Assembly (NCBI GenBank): GCA_040797665.1
Contig: JBFNER010000020.1
Coordinates: 9,124 to 73,123, forward strand
Length of the DNA: 64,000 nt
Origin: Neobacillus sp.
GTDB taxonomy: Bacteria; Bacillota; Bacilli; Bacillales; Cytobacillaceae
Reading direction: 5' to 3'
Position numbers and translations under genes: made by a program. The notes under the pieces are model-generated. The model was not told the origin of the DNA and did no database searches. It saw only the letters and a list, made by a program, of their open reading frames with translations. Of this stretch, positions 7,508-17,159 are shown piece after piece. Each line of letters starts with the position of its first letter. Position 1 is the stretch's first letter.

Positions 7508-8609
7508 ATGGAATTAGCAGAAATTCGTAATGAACTTGAGAAAACAGCTAAAAAATTAGCGGACTTTAGGGGGTCTCTTTGACCTAGAGAATAAAGAAGC
7601 CAGGATTGCTGAGCTTGATGATACGATGCTTCATCCTGACTTCTGGAATGACCAGCAGGCAGCACAGATTGTAATCAGTGAAGCAAATGCCTTGAAGGAC
7701 CAGGTAAATGAGTTTAAGGATTTATTCGAAACGTTTGAAAATCTTGAAGTGTCCTACGAGTTAGTTAAAGAAGAAAGTGATGCTGAGCTTCAGGCTGAAC
7801 TAGAGGATGAACTCAAAAGGCTTACAACACGTTTAAGTGACTTCGAGCTTCAACTGCTCCTAAGTGAAGAATATGATAAACATAATGCCATACTAGAGCT
7901 GCATCCTGGTGCAGGTGGAACAGAGTCACAGGACTGGGGTTCCATGCTTCTCCGAATGTATACACGTTGGGCGGAGAAGAAGGGCTTTAAGGTGGAAACA
8001 CTTGATTACTTACCAGGGGATGAAGCTGGGATTAAAAGTGTAACCTTAGCGATTAGAGGTCACAATGCTTACGGTTACCTAAAGGCTGAAAAGGGCGTAC
8101 ACAGGCTAGTTAGGATTTCACCATTCGATGCTTCAGGACGTCGTCATACATCCTTCGTATCCTGTGAAGTCATGCCTGAATTTAATGATGAAATTCAAAT
8201 CGAGGTTCGTACAGAAGATTTGAAAATTGATACGTACCGTGCCAGCGGGGCTGGAGGACAGCATATCAATACAACAGATTCAGCCGTCAGGATTACTCAC
8301 ACGCCAACTGGAGTTGTTGTTACCTGTCAGTCTGAGCGTTCACAGATCAAAAACCGTGAAGCCGCGATGAAAATGCTGAAGGCAAAGCTTTATCAACGCG
8401 AAATCGAGCAGCAGGAAAAAGAGTTGCTCGAAATTCGTGGTGAGCAAAAGGAAATCGGCTGGGGAAGCCAGATTCGCTCTTACGTCTTTCATCCATATTC
8501 GATGGTCAAAGACCACCGAACTAGTGCTGAAAGTGGAAACGTCCAGGCCGTAATGGACGGAGAACTAGATATGTTTATCGACGCTTACCTGCGTTCTAGA
8601 ATATCTTAA
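7508..8609 (+). CDS. prfB: Peptide chain release factor 2, expressed via programmed +1 frameshift: join(7508..7579,7581..8609)
   Basis: ATG 7508 opens a 24-codon ORF ending CTT TGA C (TGA 7580-7582). The +1 frame continues into an RF2 body with SPF and GGQ motifs. Total length is about 366 aa. Confidence 0.95.
7568..7583 (+). promoter_or_regulatory. prfB +1 frameshift site (internal SD-like AGGGGG plus CTT TGA C slippery/stop context)
   Basis: The sequence AGGGGGTCTCTTTGAC matches the conserved RF2 autoregulatory frameshift cassette. Confidence 0.9.
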
Positions 8610-8619
8610 ATATCAACGG

Positions 8620-8660
8620 AAAGCCTTTGCCTATACTATTTGGGCAAAGGCTTTATTTTT
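8620..8660 (+). terminator. Rho-independent terminator after prfB
   Basis: aaagcctttgcc ... ggcaaaggcttt form a 12-bp stem, followed by a T-rich tail. Confidence 0.8.
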
Positions 8661-8833
8661 GATAAGAATTACTAATTAGTATAGAGTGCCTCATGAAAAC
8701 TGAATAATTACAAACACTAATAAAAATTTACCGCTTTACCACGGCAACTGACTAGCATTTACAGTAAATAATGTCCATGCTATACTCATTCAAAGTTATA
8801 GTAGAATCGGTGAATATGGAAGGGAAATAGCGT

Positions 8834-9697
8834 ATGAATAAGAGAAAGAATAATCAAATCAACCCTAAGCTGGAAGGGATTTTTGAATACGTTAATGTAT
8901 TAATTGGTTCAGCGGTTATAGCATTATCCTTTAATGTCTTTTTACTGCCAAACCAAATTGCATCCGGCGGCGTTAGCGGGATAAGTACCATCCTGCTAAA
9001 TGTATTTGGCTGGGAGCCAGCCTATGTTCAATGGGCTTTTAACATCCCCTTATTTATTGCAGGAGTTATCTTGTTAGGTAAACAATTTGGAGCAAAAACA
9101 CTAGTTGGAACGGTGTTTTTGCCATTTGTGGTGTTCCTGACAAAAGATATTGCACCATGGACGATGGATGCTTTACTTGGTGCACTGTTCGGCGGAATCG
9201 GTGTTGGCCTCGGGTTAGGAATTGTTTTCAGAGGAAATGCCTCTACAGGGGGAACGGACCTTGCAGCCCAAATCATCAATAAATATACAGGTTTAACCTT
9301 GGGCACCTGTGTGGTACTGATTGACGGGTTAATTGTAATCACAGCAGCGATTGTTTTTGATATAGAAAGAGGTCTATATGCCCTCATTGCCCTTTACGTA
9401 ACCAGTAAAACGATAGACCTAGTACAGGTTGGCTTTGGCAGGTCCAAAACCGCGATGATCATAACAAATAAGCAAGATGAAGTCCGACAAGGAATCTTGA
9501 ATAAAATCGACCGTGGTGTGACAAAACTATCTGCATACGGTGGTTTTACCGATAATGAACGCCCGGTTCTCATGTGTGTGGTTGATCAACGGGAGTTCAC
9601 AAAATTGAAACAATTAGTCAAAGCCGTTGATCCAACTGCATTTGTCGTCGTTATGGATGCTTCAGAGGTATTAGGAGAAGGTTTCAAAAGGGCTTAA
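8834..9697 (+). CDS. yvjA: YitT-family membrane protein (DUF2179 C-terminal domain), YvjA-like
   Basis: Polytopic membrane N-terminus with the GGVSGISTIL and GGTDL motifs typical of YitT. Its position after prfB matches B. subtilis. Confidence 0.8.
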   Translation: MNKRKNNQINPKLEGIFEYVNVLIGSAVIALSFNVFLLPNQIASGGVSGISTILLNVFGWEPAYVQWAFNIPLFIAGVILLGKQFGAKTLVGTVFLPFVVFLTKDIAPWTMDALLGALFGGIGVGLGLGIVFRGNASTGGTDLAAQIINKYTGLTLGTCVVLIDGLIVITAAIVFDIERGLYALIALYVTSKTIDLVQVGFGRSKTAMIITNKQDEVRQGILNKIDRGVTKLSAYGGFTDNERPVLMCVVDQREFTKLKQLVKAVDPTAFVVVMDASEVLGEGFKRA

Positions 9698-9748
9698 TGC
9701 TGGTATAATATTTTTGTATGGTAATTTTTTCTTAGGGGGGAGTAGGGT

Positions 9749-10078
9749 ATGAAAAACAAGCTGCTTAAAATGTTAGTGGGTGTTGGTCTTGTCATGGGCT
9801 TAGCTGCATGCGGTGGTGGCGGTGACGATACTGCTAGCGGTGGAACGGATTCAGCTCATGCGGATGCTGAAAAGATCTACAATCAAAAGTGCTCAAGCTG
9901 TCACGGCGACAATCTTAAAGGTGGAATGGGTCCTGAATTAACAGCGGTTGGGGCAAATTATTCACAAGATGAAATTGCTGATATCATTCAAAATGGTACT
10001 CAAGGCGGTATGCCAGCGGGTCTTATTTCTGGAGATGACCTTGACAAAGTAGCTGAATGGTTAGCAACTAAAAAGTAA
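9749..10078 (+). CDS. cccB: Cytochrome c-551, lipoprotein, monohaem
   Basis: Lipobox LAAC, a single CSSCH, a distal Met region (GGMPAG), 109 aa. The position is syntenic. Confidence 0.9.
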   Translation: MKNKLLKMLVGVGLVMGLAACGGGGDDTASGGTDSAHADAEKIYNQKCSSCHGDNLKGGMGPELTAVGANYSQDEIADIIQNGTQGGMPAGLISGDDLDKVAEWLATKK

Positions 10079-10086
10079 CTTACATA

Positions 10087-10120
10087 AAAACGTTCTGTTA
10101 ATAGACAGGACGTTTTTTTT
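10087..10120 (+). terminator. Terminator after cccB
   Basis: aacgttctgt-taatag-acaggacgtt (one mismatch) followed by T8. Confidence 0.7.
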
Positions 10121-10248
10121 ATGAATATAGAAAGATTTTTCGAGGAATGTCGAAAAATCGATAACGAAAGCTTGGATATAACTGTCAATCTATGTATTAT
10201 TTGAAAAGAAACTGTAATATTTTTACCGCTATGAATAGCGGTATAGAA

Positions 10249-10257
10249 TGTTATAAT
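10249..10257 (+). promoter_or_regulatory. Extended -10 promoter element (TGtTATAAT) upstream of ftsE
   Basis: The sequence aTGtTATAATggg lies 114 nt upstream of the ftsE ATG. Confidence 0.45.
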
Positions 10258-10268
10258 GGGTCTATGCG

Positions 10269-10300
10269 AAATCCTGCAGATTTTGTCTGAGGATTTTGTT
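10269..10300 (+). promoter_or_regulatory. Terminator-like hairpin in the ftsE leader
   Basis: AAATCCTgCAGA-ttttg-TCTGAGGATTT gives 11 bp with one bulge, followed by TTTTGTTT. It lies between the extended -10 element and the ftsE RBS. Confidence 0.35.
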
Positions 10301-10370
10301 TCCATGCAAGAAAATAAAGAATTATTGTCGAATTTTCGTTTCGAAACTAATTCTATGAAGGTGATTTTAA

Positions 10371-11057
10371 ATGATAGAAATGCAAGAAGTATATAAGAAA
10401 TACCCGAATGGGGTTTCGGCTATTAATGGGATAGATGTTAGAATCAACCAAGGGGAATTTGTCTATGTCGTTGGACCAAGTGGTGCTGGTAAATCGACCT
10501 TTATCAAAATGATGTACCGCGAGGAAGTTCCATCTTCAGGCACGATCACAATGAATGGCGTAAATCTTGCAAAGCTTAAAATGAAGAAGGTGCCTTTGTT
10601 TCGCCGTAATTTAGGAGTTGTTTTCCAAGACTTCAAGCTTCTTCCGATGCTAACTGTCTACGAAAACGTCGCTTTTGCTTTAGAAGTAATCGAAGCACAA
10701 CCCAAATATATAAAAAAACGTGTGATGGAAGTGTTAGATCTTGTTAACCTTAAGCACAAAGCTAGAATGCTGCCGACAGAACTCTCAGGCGGAGAACAGC
10801 AGCGTGTATCCATCGCTAGATCCATTGTAAATTCACCCAAGGTTGTCATCGCTGACGAGCCGACGGGTAATCTTGATCCCGAAACATCATGGGAAATCAT
10901 GAATATTTTTGAAGAAATTAATAATCGCGGAACAACCATCGTCATGGCAACACATAACCGTGAAATTGTAAATACAATTAAGCACCGTGTAATTGCCATT
11001 GAAGGTGGGAGAATTGTTCGTGATGAACAAAGAGGTGAGTACGGTTATGAAAATTAG
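10371..11057 (+). CDS. ftsE: Cell-division ABC ATPase FtsE
   Basis: Walker A GPSGAGKST, signature LSGGEQQR, Walker B VVIADEPTGNLD. 228 aa. Confidence 0.95.
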   Translation: MIEMQEVYKKYPNGVSAINGIDVRINQGEFVYVVGPSGAGKSTFIKMMYREEVPSSGTITMNGVNLAKLKMKKVPLFRRNLGVVFQDFKLLPMLTVYENVAFALEVIEAQPKYIKKRVMEVLDLVNLKHKARMLPTELSGGEQQRVSIARSIVNSPKVVIADEPTGNLDPETSWEIMNIFEEINNRGTTIVMATHNREIVNTIKHRVIAIEGGRIVRDEQRGEYGYEN

Positions 11058-11940
11058 AACTCTTGGCCGTCACGCCCGCGAAAGCTTAAAAAGTATTGGC
11101 AGAAATGGCTGGATGACTTTTGCGTCTGTTAGTGCGGTAACGGTAACGCTTATCTTAGTTGGTGTCTTTTTCGTTATTATGATGAATTTAAATAAAGTGG
11201 CACAAACCATTGAAGAGGACGTGCAAATTCGCGTTCACATTGATGTGGCTGCAAATGAGCAGGACCAGGAAAAGTTAAAAAAGAATATTGAAAACCTTAG
11301 AGAAGTAAAAAGTGTCACCTTTTCATCAAAAGAAAAGGAGCTCCAAGACCTCATTAAGAGTATGGGTGAGGATGGACAAGCCTTTAAATTATTTGAACAG
11401 GACAACCCGCTTAACGATGTTTTTATCGTAAAAACGACTAACCCACAGGATACAATGGCGGCGGCTGATAAAATTGGGAAGCTAGAGTATGTAAGTAAGG
11501 CTGTCTATGGTAAAGGTACTATTGAAAAACTCTTTAAGTTTATTGATGCTAGCCGTAATGTTGGGATTGTTTTAATTGCTGGATTATTCTTTACTGCTGT
11601 TTTCTTAATATCCAATACGATTAAAATTACAATCGTTGCTAGACGAAGAGAAATACAGATTATGAGATTAGTAGGTGCAACCAATAACTTCATTCGCTGG
11701 CCTTTCTTTATCGAAGGGTTAATACTGGGTGTCCTTGGGGCGATTTTACCAATTATTCTCATTTCGATAGCGTACTACCACGCATATGACTATTTAGCAC
11801 CAAAGTTAGTGGGCAATTTTATTCAAATCCTTCCATTCAATCCATTTGTCTACCAGGTTTCTGGTGTCCTGATTTTGATGGGGGCCTTAATTGGTGTTTG
11901 GGGAAGTTTGATGTCAGTTCGAAAATTCTTAAAAGTATAG
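11047..11940 (+). CDS. ftsX: Cell-division ABC permease-like protein FtsX
   Basis: The ATG at 11047 (MKIRTLGRHARESLKS) overlaps the ftsE stop. Four TM segments and an extracellular loop domain. The ORF-track start at 10993 is an upstream extension inside ftsE. Confidence 0.9.
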   Translation: MKIRTLGRHARESLKSIGRNGWMTFASVSAVTVTLILVGVFFVIMMNLNKVAQTIEEDVQIRVHIDVAANEQDQEKLKKNIENLREVKSVTFSSKEKELQDLIKSMGEDGQAFKLFEQDNPLNDVFIVKTTNPQDTMAAADKIGKLEYVSKAVYGKGTIEKLFKFIDASRNVGIVLIAGLFFTAVFLISNTIKITIVARRREIQIMRLVGATNNFIRWPFFIEGLILGVLGAILPIILISIAYYHAYDYLAPKLVGNFIQILPFNPFVYQVSGVLILMGALIGVWGSLMSVRKFLKV

Positions 11941-11944
11941 AATG

Positions 11945-11973
11945 CTAGGAAGGGCATAGGAGGCCCTTCCTAG
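11945..11973 (+). terminator. Hairpin after ftsX (weak terminator, no immediate T-run)
   Basis: ctaggaagggc-ataggag-gcccttcctag forms a perfect 11-bp stem. Confidence 0.45.
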
Positions 11974-12056
11974 ATTAAAAATTTTACAGCATGTATTCAC
12001 TGACTAGGTAAACAACGGTTTGCCCGTACATAGAGAAACGAAAGGAGAAATCGGCA

Positions 12057-13301
12057 TTGAAGAAACTATATGTGACGCTTGCTGTAATCTTTATGCTAGG
12101 GACCGGGAGCTCCCTAAGCGGAGTAGTTGAGGCAACCTCTGTCTCTAGCCTCAAGGAGCAACAAAATAAAATCCAACAAGACCGGTCAAACCTTAATTCA
12201 AATATTGATGAAGCGGAAGAGAAAATCAATAATCTCCAAAATGAACAAGCGGCTGTTAAGACAGAAATGACCCGTATTGATCTAGCAATAGGTGAAACTC
12301 ATGCGAACATACGCGAAAAAACAGCTATGATCGAAGAAACTGAAGCAGAGATTGCTAAGCTCCAAGAAGAAATCAAAGTTACGAAAGAGCGAATTGAAAA
12401 GCGTAATGAGCTATTAAAGGAAAGAGCACGTAATTATCAAGTGACAGGCGGTATGGTTAGTTATATAGATGTGTTAATGGGTTCAAAAAGCTTTAGTGAT
12501 TTTATCGACCGTGCGAACGCTGTTGCGATCATTATGCAAGCTGACCAGGATATCTTAAAACAGCATGAAGCAGATAAGAAAGACCTTGAAATGAACCAGG
12601 CTAAAGTGGAAGAAGAGCTAGCAAGCTTACAAACTATGCTGACCGAATTAGAAAATATGAATAAGCAATTAAATTCACAACGTGAGGAAAAGAATAAATT
12701 ACTAGCAACTTTGGAACATGAAGAAGAAGAAGCACATAATCATAAAATGGAGCTGCAAGAGGAAGCAAAATTACTTGCTGCTCAAGCTGCTGCCATTCAA
12801 CAGGCGATTAAACTAGAGCAGCAAAAACAAGCAGCTGCTAGCAATCCGTCTTCAGGTGGAAGCTCTGCTCCCCCTCCTGCAGCAAGCGGAGGCTGGGTAC
12901 AGCCTGCTAATGGAATCTTTACATCTGGCTTTGGTTCACGTCCAGACTTCCGTCCAGGCGAATTCCATTATGGAATCGATATTGCTAATCGAGCTAGCGG
13001 TGTACCTATTTGGGCCGCGAACGATGGTGTGGTTATCCGCTCCTATTATTCTAGCAGCTATGGAAACTGCATCTTCATTGCACATTCAGTAAATGGTCAA
13101 ACTTATACAACGGTATATGCCCATTTGGAGGACCGACATGTAGGTGAAGGAGCAACTGTGAAAGCTGGACAGCAAATCGGAATTATGGGAACAACGGGTG
13201 ATTCCACTGGTCAGCATTTACATTTCGAGCTTCATCAAGGACAATGGCTGCCAAATCGCAGTAATGCTATTAACCCAAGAGGCATTGTACCACTGCCATA
13301 A
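12057..13301 (+). CDS. Secreted coiled-coil plus M23 (LytM) peptidase, EnvC/PcsB-like FtsEX partner candidate
   Basis: TTG start after GGAG. Signal peptide, about 230 aa of heptad-rich E/K/Q sequence, an A/P/S linker, then M23 motifs HYGIDI and HLHFE. Confidence 0.85.
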   Translation: MKKLYVTLAVIFMLGTGSSLSGVVEATSVSSLKEQQNKIQQDRSNLNSNIDEAEEKINNLQNEQAAVKTEMTRIDLAIGETHANIREKTAMIEETEAEIAKLQEEIKVTKERIEKRNELLKERARNYQVTGGMVSYIDVLMGSKSFSDFIDRANAVAIIMQADQDILKQHEADKKDLEMNQAKVEEELASLQTMLTELENMNKQLNSQREEKNKLLATLEHEEEEAHNHKMELQEEAKLLAAQAAAIQQAIKLEQQKQAAASNPSSGGSSAPPPAASGGWVQPANGIFTSGFGSRPDFRPGEFHYGIDIANRASGVPIWAANDGVVIRSYYSSSYGNCIFIAHSVNGQTYTTVYAHLEDRHVGEGATVKAGQQIGIMGTTGDSTGQHLHFELHQGQWLPNRSNAINPRGIVPLP

Positions 13302-13310
13302 TATGAACAA

Positions 13311-13341
13311 AAAAGGAAGAAGCCGAGCTTCTTCCTTTTTT
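13311..13341 (+). terminator. Rho-independent terminator
   Basis: ggaagaagc-cga-gcttcttcc followed by T6. Confidence 0.85.
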
Positions 13342-13472
13342 CATGGTGCTTTTCCTTTTCTATTCATAACCTGTCCCATTCACACATATAAGTTAATAAT
13401 CCAGCAGGAAAAAGGAGCCTAATATTTAAATTTAATAGTAATGGTTTTCTGCTAAACATGAGGGGGTTAGAC

Positions 13473-14924
13473 ATGAATAGAAAATGGATTGCCTTGCTTT
13501 TGATAGGAGCACTTCTAACAGGAGGAGGCGGAACATACGCAGGTATGCAATGGCTGGGGTATACAAATAGCAGCAGCTTTGAGCATTCCGTATCCGATAA
13601 AGAAAAGGTTCTTTCCGAACAAACTGATTCAAAAGGACTTGCAAAGGTTAACCAAGCCTATGATTTAATCGTAAGCCGTTATGTCGAAAAAGTTGATGGT
13701 GATAAATTGGTTGAGGGAGCCATTCAAGGAATGCTCGGTGTCCTTGAAGATCCATACTCCGTTTATATGGATAAGGAAACAGCTCAGCAATTTACTCAAA
13801 CATTAGAATCATCATTTGAAGGAATTGGTGCAGAAGTCGGCATGGTCGACGGGAAGATCGTAATTGTTTCCCCCTTTAAAAATTCACCAGCTGAAAAGGC
13901 TGGCCTAAAGCCAAATGATGAAATATTAAAAGTGGATGGCAAAAGTGTCGAGGGTCTCGACCTGAATAAAGCAACACTGCAGATTCGTGGGAAAAAAGGG
14001 ACGAAGGTCATTTTGGAAATTGCCCGCCAAGGTTTAAAGGAACCATTATCAATCTCAGTTACTCGTGATGAAATACCGCTTGAGACCATACATGCTTCGG
14101 TTAAGAAGCAGGATGGTGAGAGAATCGGCTATATCGAAATTACTAGCTTCTCAGAGAACACAGCAGCAGATTTCAAAAAAGAGTTAAGCTCATTAGAGGA
14201 ACAGGATATTGAAGGATTGATCATTGATGTTCGCGGTAACCCTGGCGGATTGTTAGTAAGTGTTGAAGATATATTGAAAGAATTTGTACCAAAGGATAAG
14301 CCATATGTGCAAATTGAGATGCGAGACGGAGAAAAGAGACGATACTTTTCCAATATCACTAAGAAAAAGGAATATCCGGTAGCCGTTTTGATAAATAAAG
14401 GAAGTGCCTCGGCTTCGGAAATACTAGCGGGTTCTTTGAAAGAAGCAGTGGGGTATCAACTAGTAGGTGAAACCACATTTGGAAAAGGCACCGTTCAGCA
14501 GGCGCTATCAATGGGCGATGGCAGTAATATAAAATTAACACTTTTCAAATGGCTTACACCCGATGGAAACTGGATTCATAAAAAAGGAATCGAACCTGAT
14601 GTAAGGGTCGATCAGCCAGCTATTTTTAACACTCATCCACTTCAGATTGAGAAGGCACTTGAAAAAGACATGAACAATGAGCAGGTTAAAAATGCGCAAG
14701 AAATTTTAACAGGATTAGGGTTTGCACCAGGGCGAACGGATGGTTATTTTAGCTCACAAACAGAAATTGCTGTTAAAGGCTTCCAACAGCATAATGGATT
14801 GCAGCCAACCGGAAAAATCGATGCAAAGACAGCGGCAGCTCTTGAAGAGGAAGCAATAAAAGAAATGAAAAAAGAAAAAAATGACATTCAGTTGCAAACG
14901 GCGTTAAGGCTGCTTACACAATAA
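13473..14924 (+). CDS. ctpB: S41 carboxy-terminal processing protease with PDZ and C-terminal peptidoglycan-binding domain
   Basis: ATG 13473 lies 6 nt after AGGGGG. PDZ segment (GIGAEVGMVDGKIVIVSPFKNSPAEKAGLKPNDEIL), S41 core (GSASASEI ... TFGKGTVQ), and a PG_binding_1-like tail. The position is syntenic. Confidence 0.85.
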   Translation: MNRKWIALLLIGALLTGGGGTYAGMQWLGYTNSSSFEHSVSDKEKVLSEQTDSKGLAKVNQAYDLIVSRYVEKVDGDKLVEGAIQGMLGVLEDPYSVYMDKETAQQFTQTLESSFEGIGAEVGMVDGKIVIVSPFKNSPAEKAGLKPNDEILKVDGKSVEGLDLNKATLQIRGKKGTKVILEIARQGLKEPLSISVTRDEIPLETIHASVKKQDGERIGYIEITSFSENTAADFKKELSSLEEQDIEGLIIDVRGNPGGLLVSVEDILKEFVPKDKPYVQIEMRDGEKRRYFSNITKKKEYPVAVLINKGSASASEILAGSLKEAVGYQLVGETTFGKGTVQQALSMGDGSNIKLTLFKWLTPDGNWIHKKGIEPDVRVDQPAIFNTHPLQIEKALEKDMNNEQVKNAQEILTGLGFAPGRTDGYFSSQTEIAVKGFQQHNGLQPTGKIDAKTAAALEEEAIKEMKKEKNDIQLQTALRLLTQ

Positions 14925-14933
14925 TACAAGAGT

Positions 14934-14965
14934 AAGGCACTCATGGAATTATGAGTGCCTTTTTA
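14934..14965 (+). terminator. Rho-independent terminator after ctpB
   Basis: aaggcactcat-ggaatt-atgagtgcctt followed by TTT. Confidence 0.85.
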
Positions 14966-15270
14966 ATTTTATTACCATGATGAGAATTTTTGTTCAACAA
15001 TTTTCACAATAAGCCCTATGGTCAACTGGTTATTGTGTTGCGGAAATTAACAGAATTTCCACGGAAATATTGTTGAAGAATGTTGAAAAAGGACTGATTA
15101 ATGCTATAAAAAACGTATGTACTGCTCATAGCCTGTTATCACAGATGTTTTTTCGACATATTTTTTATTTTTTCAAGAAACTAGCAATATGTTTTATTCC
15201 AAGCTTTTGGTAAAATAATCTTTAAGAGATAAAATAGTAGAAGAAGTTTAATAGAGGCAGGTGGCAGGAA

Positions 15271-16464
15271 TTGGCGCTAGAATGGCTTATAGAGCTGTTA
15301 AAAGGGATTGGAAAATTATTTCTTCACCCTGTTTTTTACTATCTAGTTTTTCTTTCAGGGATTTTAGGCGTAATGAGAGTGAAGCGGGAGAGGAAGAATT
15401 TCCATATAAGGGCTTTTGATGCCTATTTTGAGCTTAGGCAGTTGTTTCCACCGGGGATCATCACGGGGTTGGTACTCTCACTCATTATATTGATGGCAGG
15501 ATTAGCTATACCTTTAGTAGCTATTCTCCTTATCGCTGCCTTTACATTTATATGGAGTTTAACTACAAATATCAGGCTGATGTCTCCTGCTTACACAGTC
15601 GGTGCTGCTTTTTTTGCGATTATCATCTTTACGGAGAATAACTGGAGCATACCACTGATTTCTAATGTAATTGAACCGAGCGGTGAGATCATATATCCAT
15701 CCGTTGTACTTCTTTTAGGTATGCTTATCATCGCAGAGGGTGTGCTGATTAAGAAAAATGGCAGTAAAGGAACATCGCCTAAACTGATAAAAAGCAGACG
15801 AGGACAGAGTGTTGGTACGCATGAAGTAAAACGATTGTGGATGCTGCCTGTTTTTCTGCTAATACCAGGTGAAGCACTTCAAATACCTTTTGAGTGGTGG
15901 CCGGTTTTTCACTTAGGAGCAGAATCCTATTCACTCATACTCGTTCCATTTGCAGTTGGCATACAACAACAGATTCAAGGCAGACTTCCTAAAACTGCGA
16001 TTCAGCTATATGGGCAAAGAATCATCATTCTTGGTATTTTCGTAACACTTTTATCGGCAGCGGGTTTCTGGTATCCACTTACTTCTATTGTAGTGGCTGC
16101 ACTTGCGATCATTGGGCGTGAAACAATTTCATTGATGCAGCGGATGAAGGACGATAGTTTGCCGTTCTATTTTTCGAAAAGAAATAATGGACTTATGATT
16201 ATCGGTATTATCCCTCAGTCACCGGCAGATAAAATGGGGCTGCAGGTTGGAGAAATCATTGCCAAAGCAAATGGGGTAGTTGTTCGCGATGAACAAGTAT
16301 TCTATGAAGCGTTACAAAAAAATCGGGCACATTGTAAGCTTGAGGTCCTTGATACCAATGGGGAAGTCCGGTTCGTTCAACGTGCACTATACGAAGGCGA
16401 CCATCACGAGCTTGGCATTCTATTTGTTCAAGATGAGCGTAAATTTGATAAGAAAATTGGGTAA
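15271..16464 (+). CDS. minJ: Polytopic membrane protein with C-terminal PDZ domain, MinJ-like division-site topology factor
   Basis: 397 aa, the same length as B. subtilis MinJ. Multiple TM helices and a C-terminal PDZ (GIIPQSPADKMGLQVGEIIAKANG). Syntenic position downstream of ctpB. TTG start. Confidence 0.75.
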   Translation: MALEWLIELLKGIGKLFLHPVFYYLVFLSGILGVMRVKRERKNFHIRAFDAYFELRQLFPPGIITGLVLSLIILMAGLAIPLVAILLIAAFTFIWSLTTNIRLMSPAYTVGAAFFAIIIFTENNWSIPLISNVIEPSGEIIYPSVVLLLGMLIIAEGVLIKKNGSKGTSPKLIKSRRGQSVGTHEVKRLWMLPVFLLIPGEALQIPFEWWPVFHLGAESYSLILVPFAVGIQQQIQGRLPKTAIQLYGQRIIILGIFVTLLSAAGFWYPLTSIVVAALAIIGRETISLMQRMKDDSLPFYFSKRNNGLMIIGIIPQSPADKMGLQVGEIIAKANGVVVRDEQVFYEALQKNRAHCKLEVLDTNGEVRFVQRALYEGDHHELGILFVQDERKFDKKIG

Positions 16465-16474
16465 TAGAGAAGAG

Positions 16475-16506
16475 TCAAAGGGAATTAATCCTTTGGCTTT
16501 TTTTGT
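16475..16506 (+). terminator. Terminator after minJ
   Basis: caaagg-gaattaat-cctttg followed by a T-run. Confidence 0.6.
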
Positions 16507-16573
16507 ATATTTACCAGCTTGTCAGTTAAAGCTAAATGGGTAAATTTATTAATCGGAAGGTGGTTTAGCCTAT

Positions 16574-17146
16574 ATGCTTAACTTTTTAGATTTTTACAAC
16601 CCTGCCCATTTAAATCTAGAAGCAGCATCGGCGATCATTTTTTATTTTATGGTTTACTCGCTTTTTGGCTGGTTACTAGAAAATAGTTATAGCAAGTTTA
16701 CCGGCCGCAGCTTTTTTAAGCCAAATTTCTTTCGCGGCCCTTTTAAGCCCATGTATGGTTTTGCCCCAGTTTTATTAGTTTATTTGATTAGACCAGAGAC
16801 AAATTGGCTGATAGTGATTTTGCTGTGCTTTTTCGTCCCAACTGCAGTTGAGTATGTAAGCGGGATACTATTATTTAAGCTTTTTCAACAGCGCTGGTGG
16901 GATTATCAGGATATGCCATTGCAGATACAGGGTCATATTTGTTTGCCGTTCTCTTTATGTTGGATTGTCCTGTCGTTTGCCTGTATTAAATGGATCCATC
17001 CTTTTATTGTCGGAATCTTGGGAGCGGTTGAGCCGGTTTGGTCCTGGATTTGGCCAGCGGTCGGTCTATATTTTTTAGCTGAACTGGCTTTAGCAGTACG
17101 GAGGCATTCTATGGGGGACGTATCTACGGGTAACCAGCAGATATAA
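16574..17146 (+). CDS. Small polytopic membrane protein (CmpB / DUF1113 'putative ABC-transporter type IV'-like)
   Basis: The N-terminal motif FMVYSLFGWLLENSYS is typical of that family as I recall it. Five or six TM segments. Confidence 0.55.
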   Translation: MLNFLDFYNPAHLNLEAASAIIFYFMVYSLFGWLLENSYSKFTGRSFFKPNFFRGPFKPMYGFAPVLLVYLIRPETNWLIVILLCFFVPTAVEYVSGILLFKLFQQRWWDYQDMPLQIQGHICLPFSLCWIVLSFACIKWIHPFIVGILGAVEPVWSWIWPAVGLYFLAELALAVRRHSMGDVSTGNQQI

Positions 17147-17159
17147 TGATTAGAAAGTG

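Noticed and set aside
7508-7665. prfB appears split. A 24-codon ORF ends at TGA 7580-7582, and the main ORF only shows an ATG at 7626, which suggests a pseudogene.
   Set aside because: The junction AGGGGGTCTCTTTGAC is the conserved autoregulatory +1 frameshift cassette of RF2 (SD-like element plus CTT TGA C). The +1 frame is open from 7581, so the gene is intact and this is a known mechanism.
10993-11046. The ORF-track start of ftsX at 10993 gives a 315-aa product.
   Set aside because: This extension lies inside ftsE. The ATG at 11047 gives the conserved MKIRTLGRH N-terminus and the usual ftsE/ftsX stop-start overlap.
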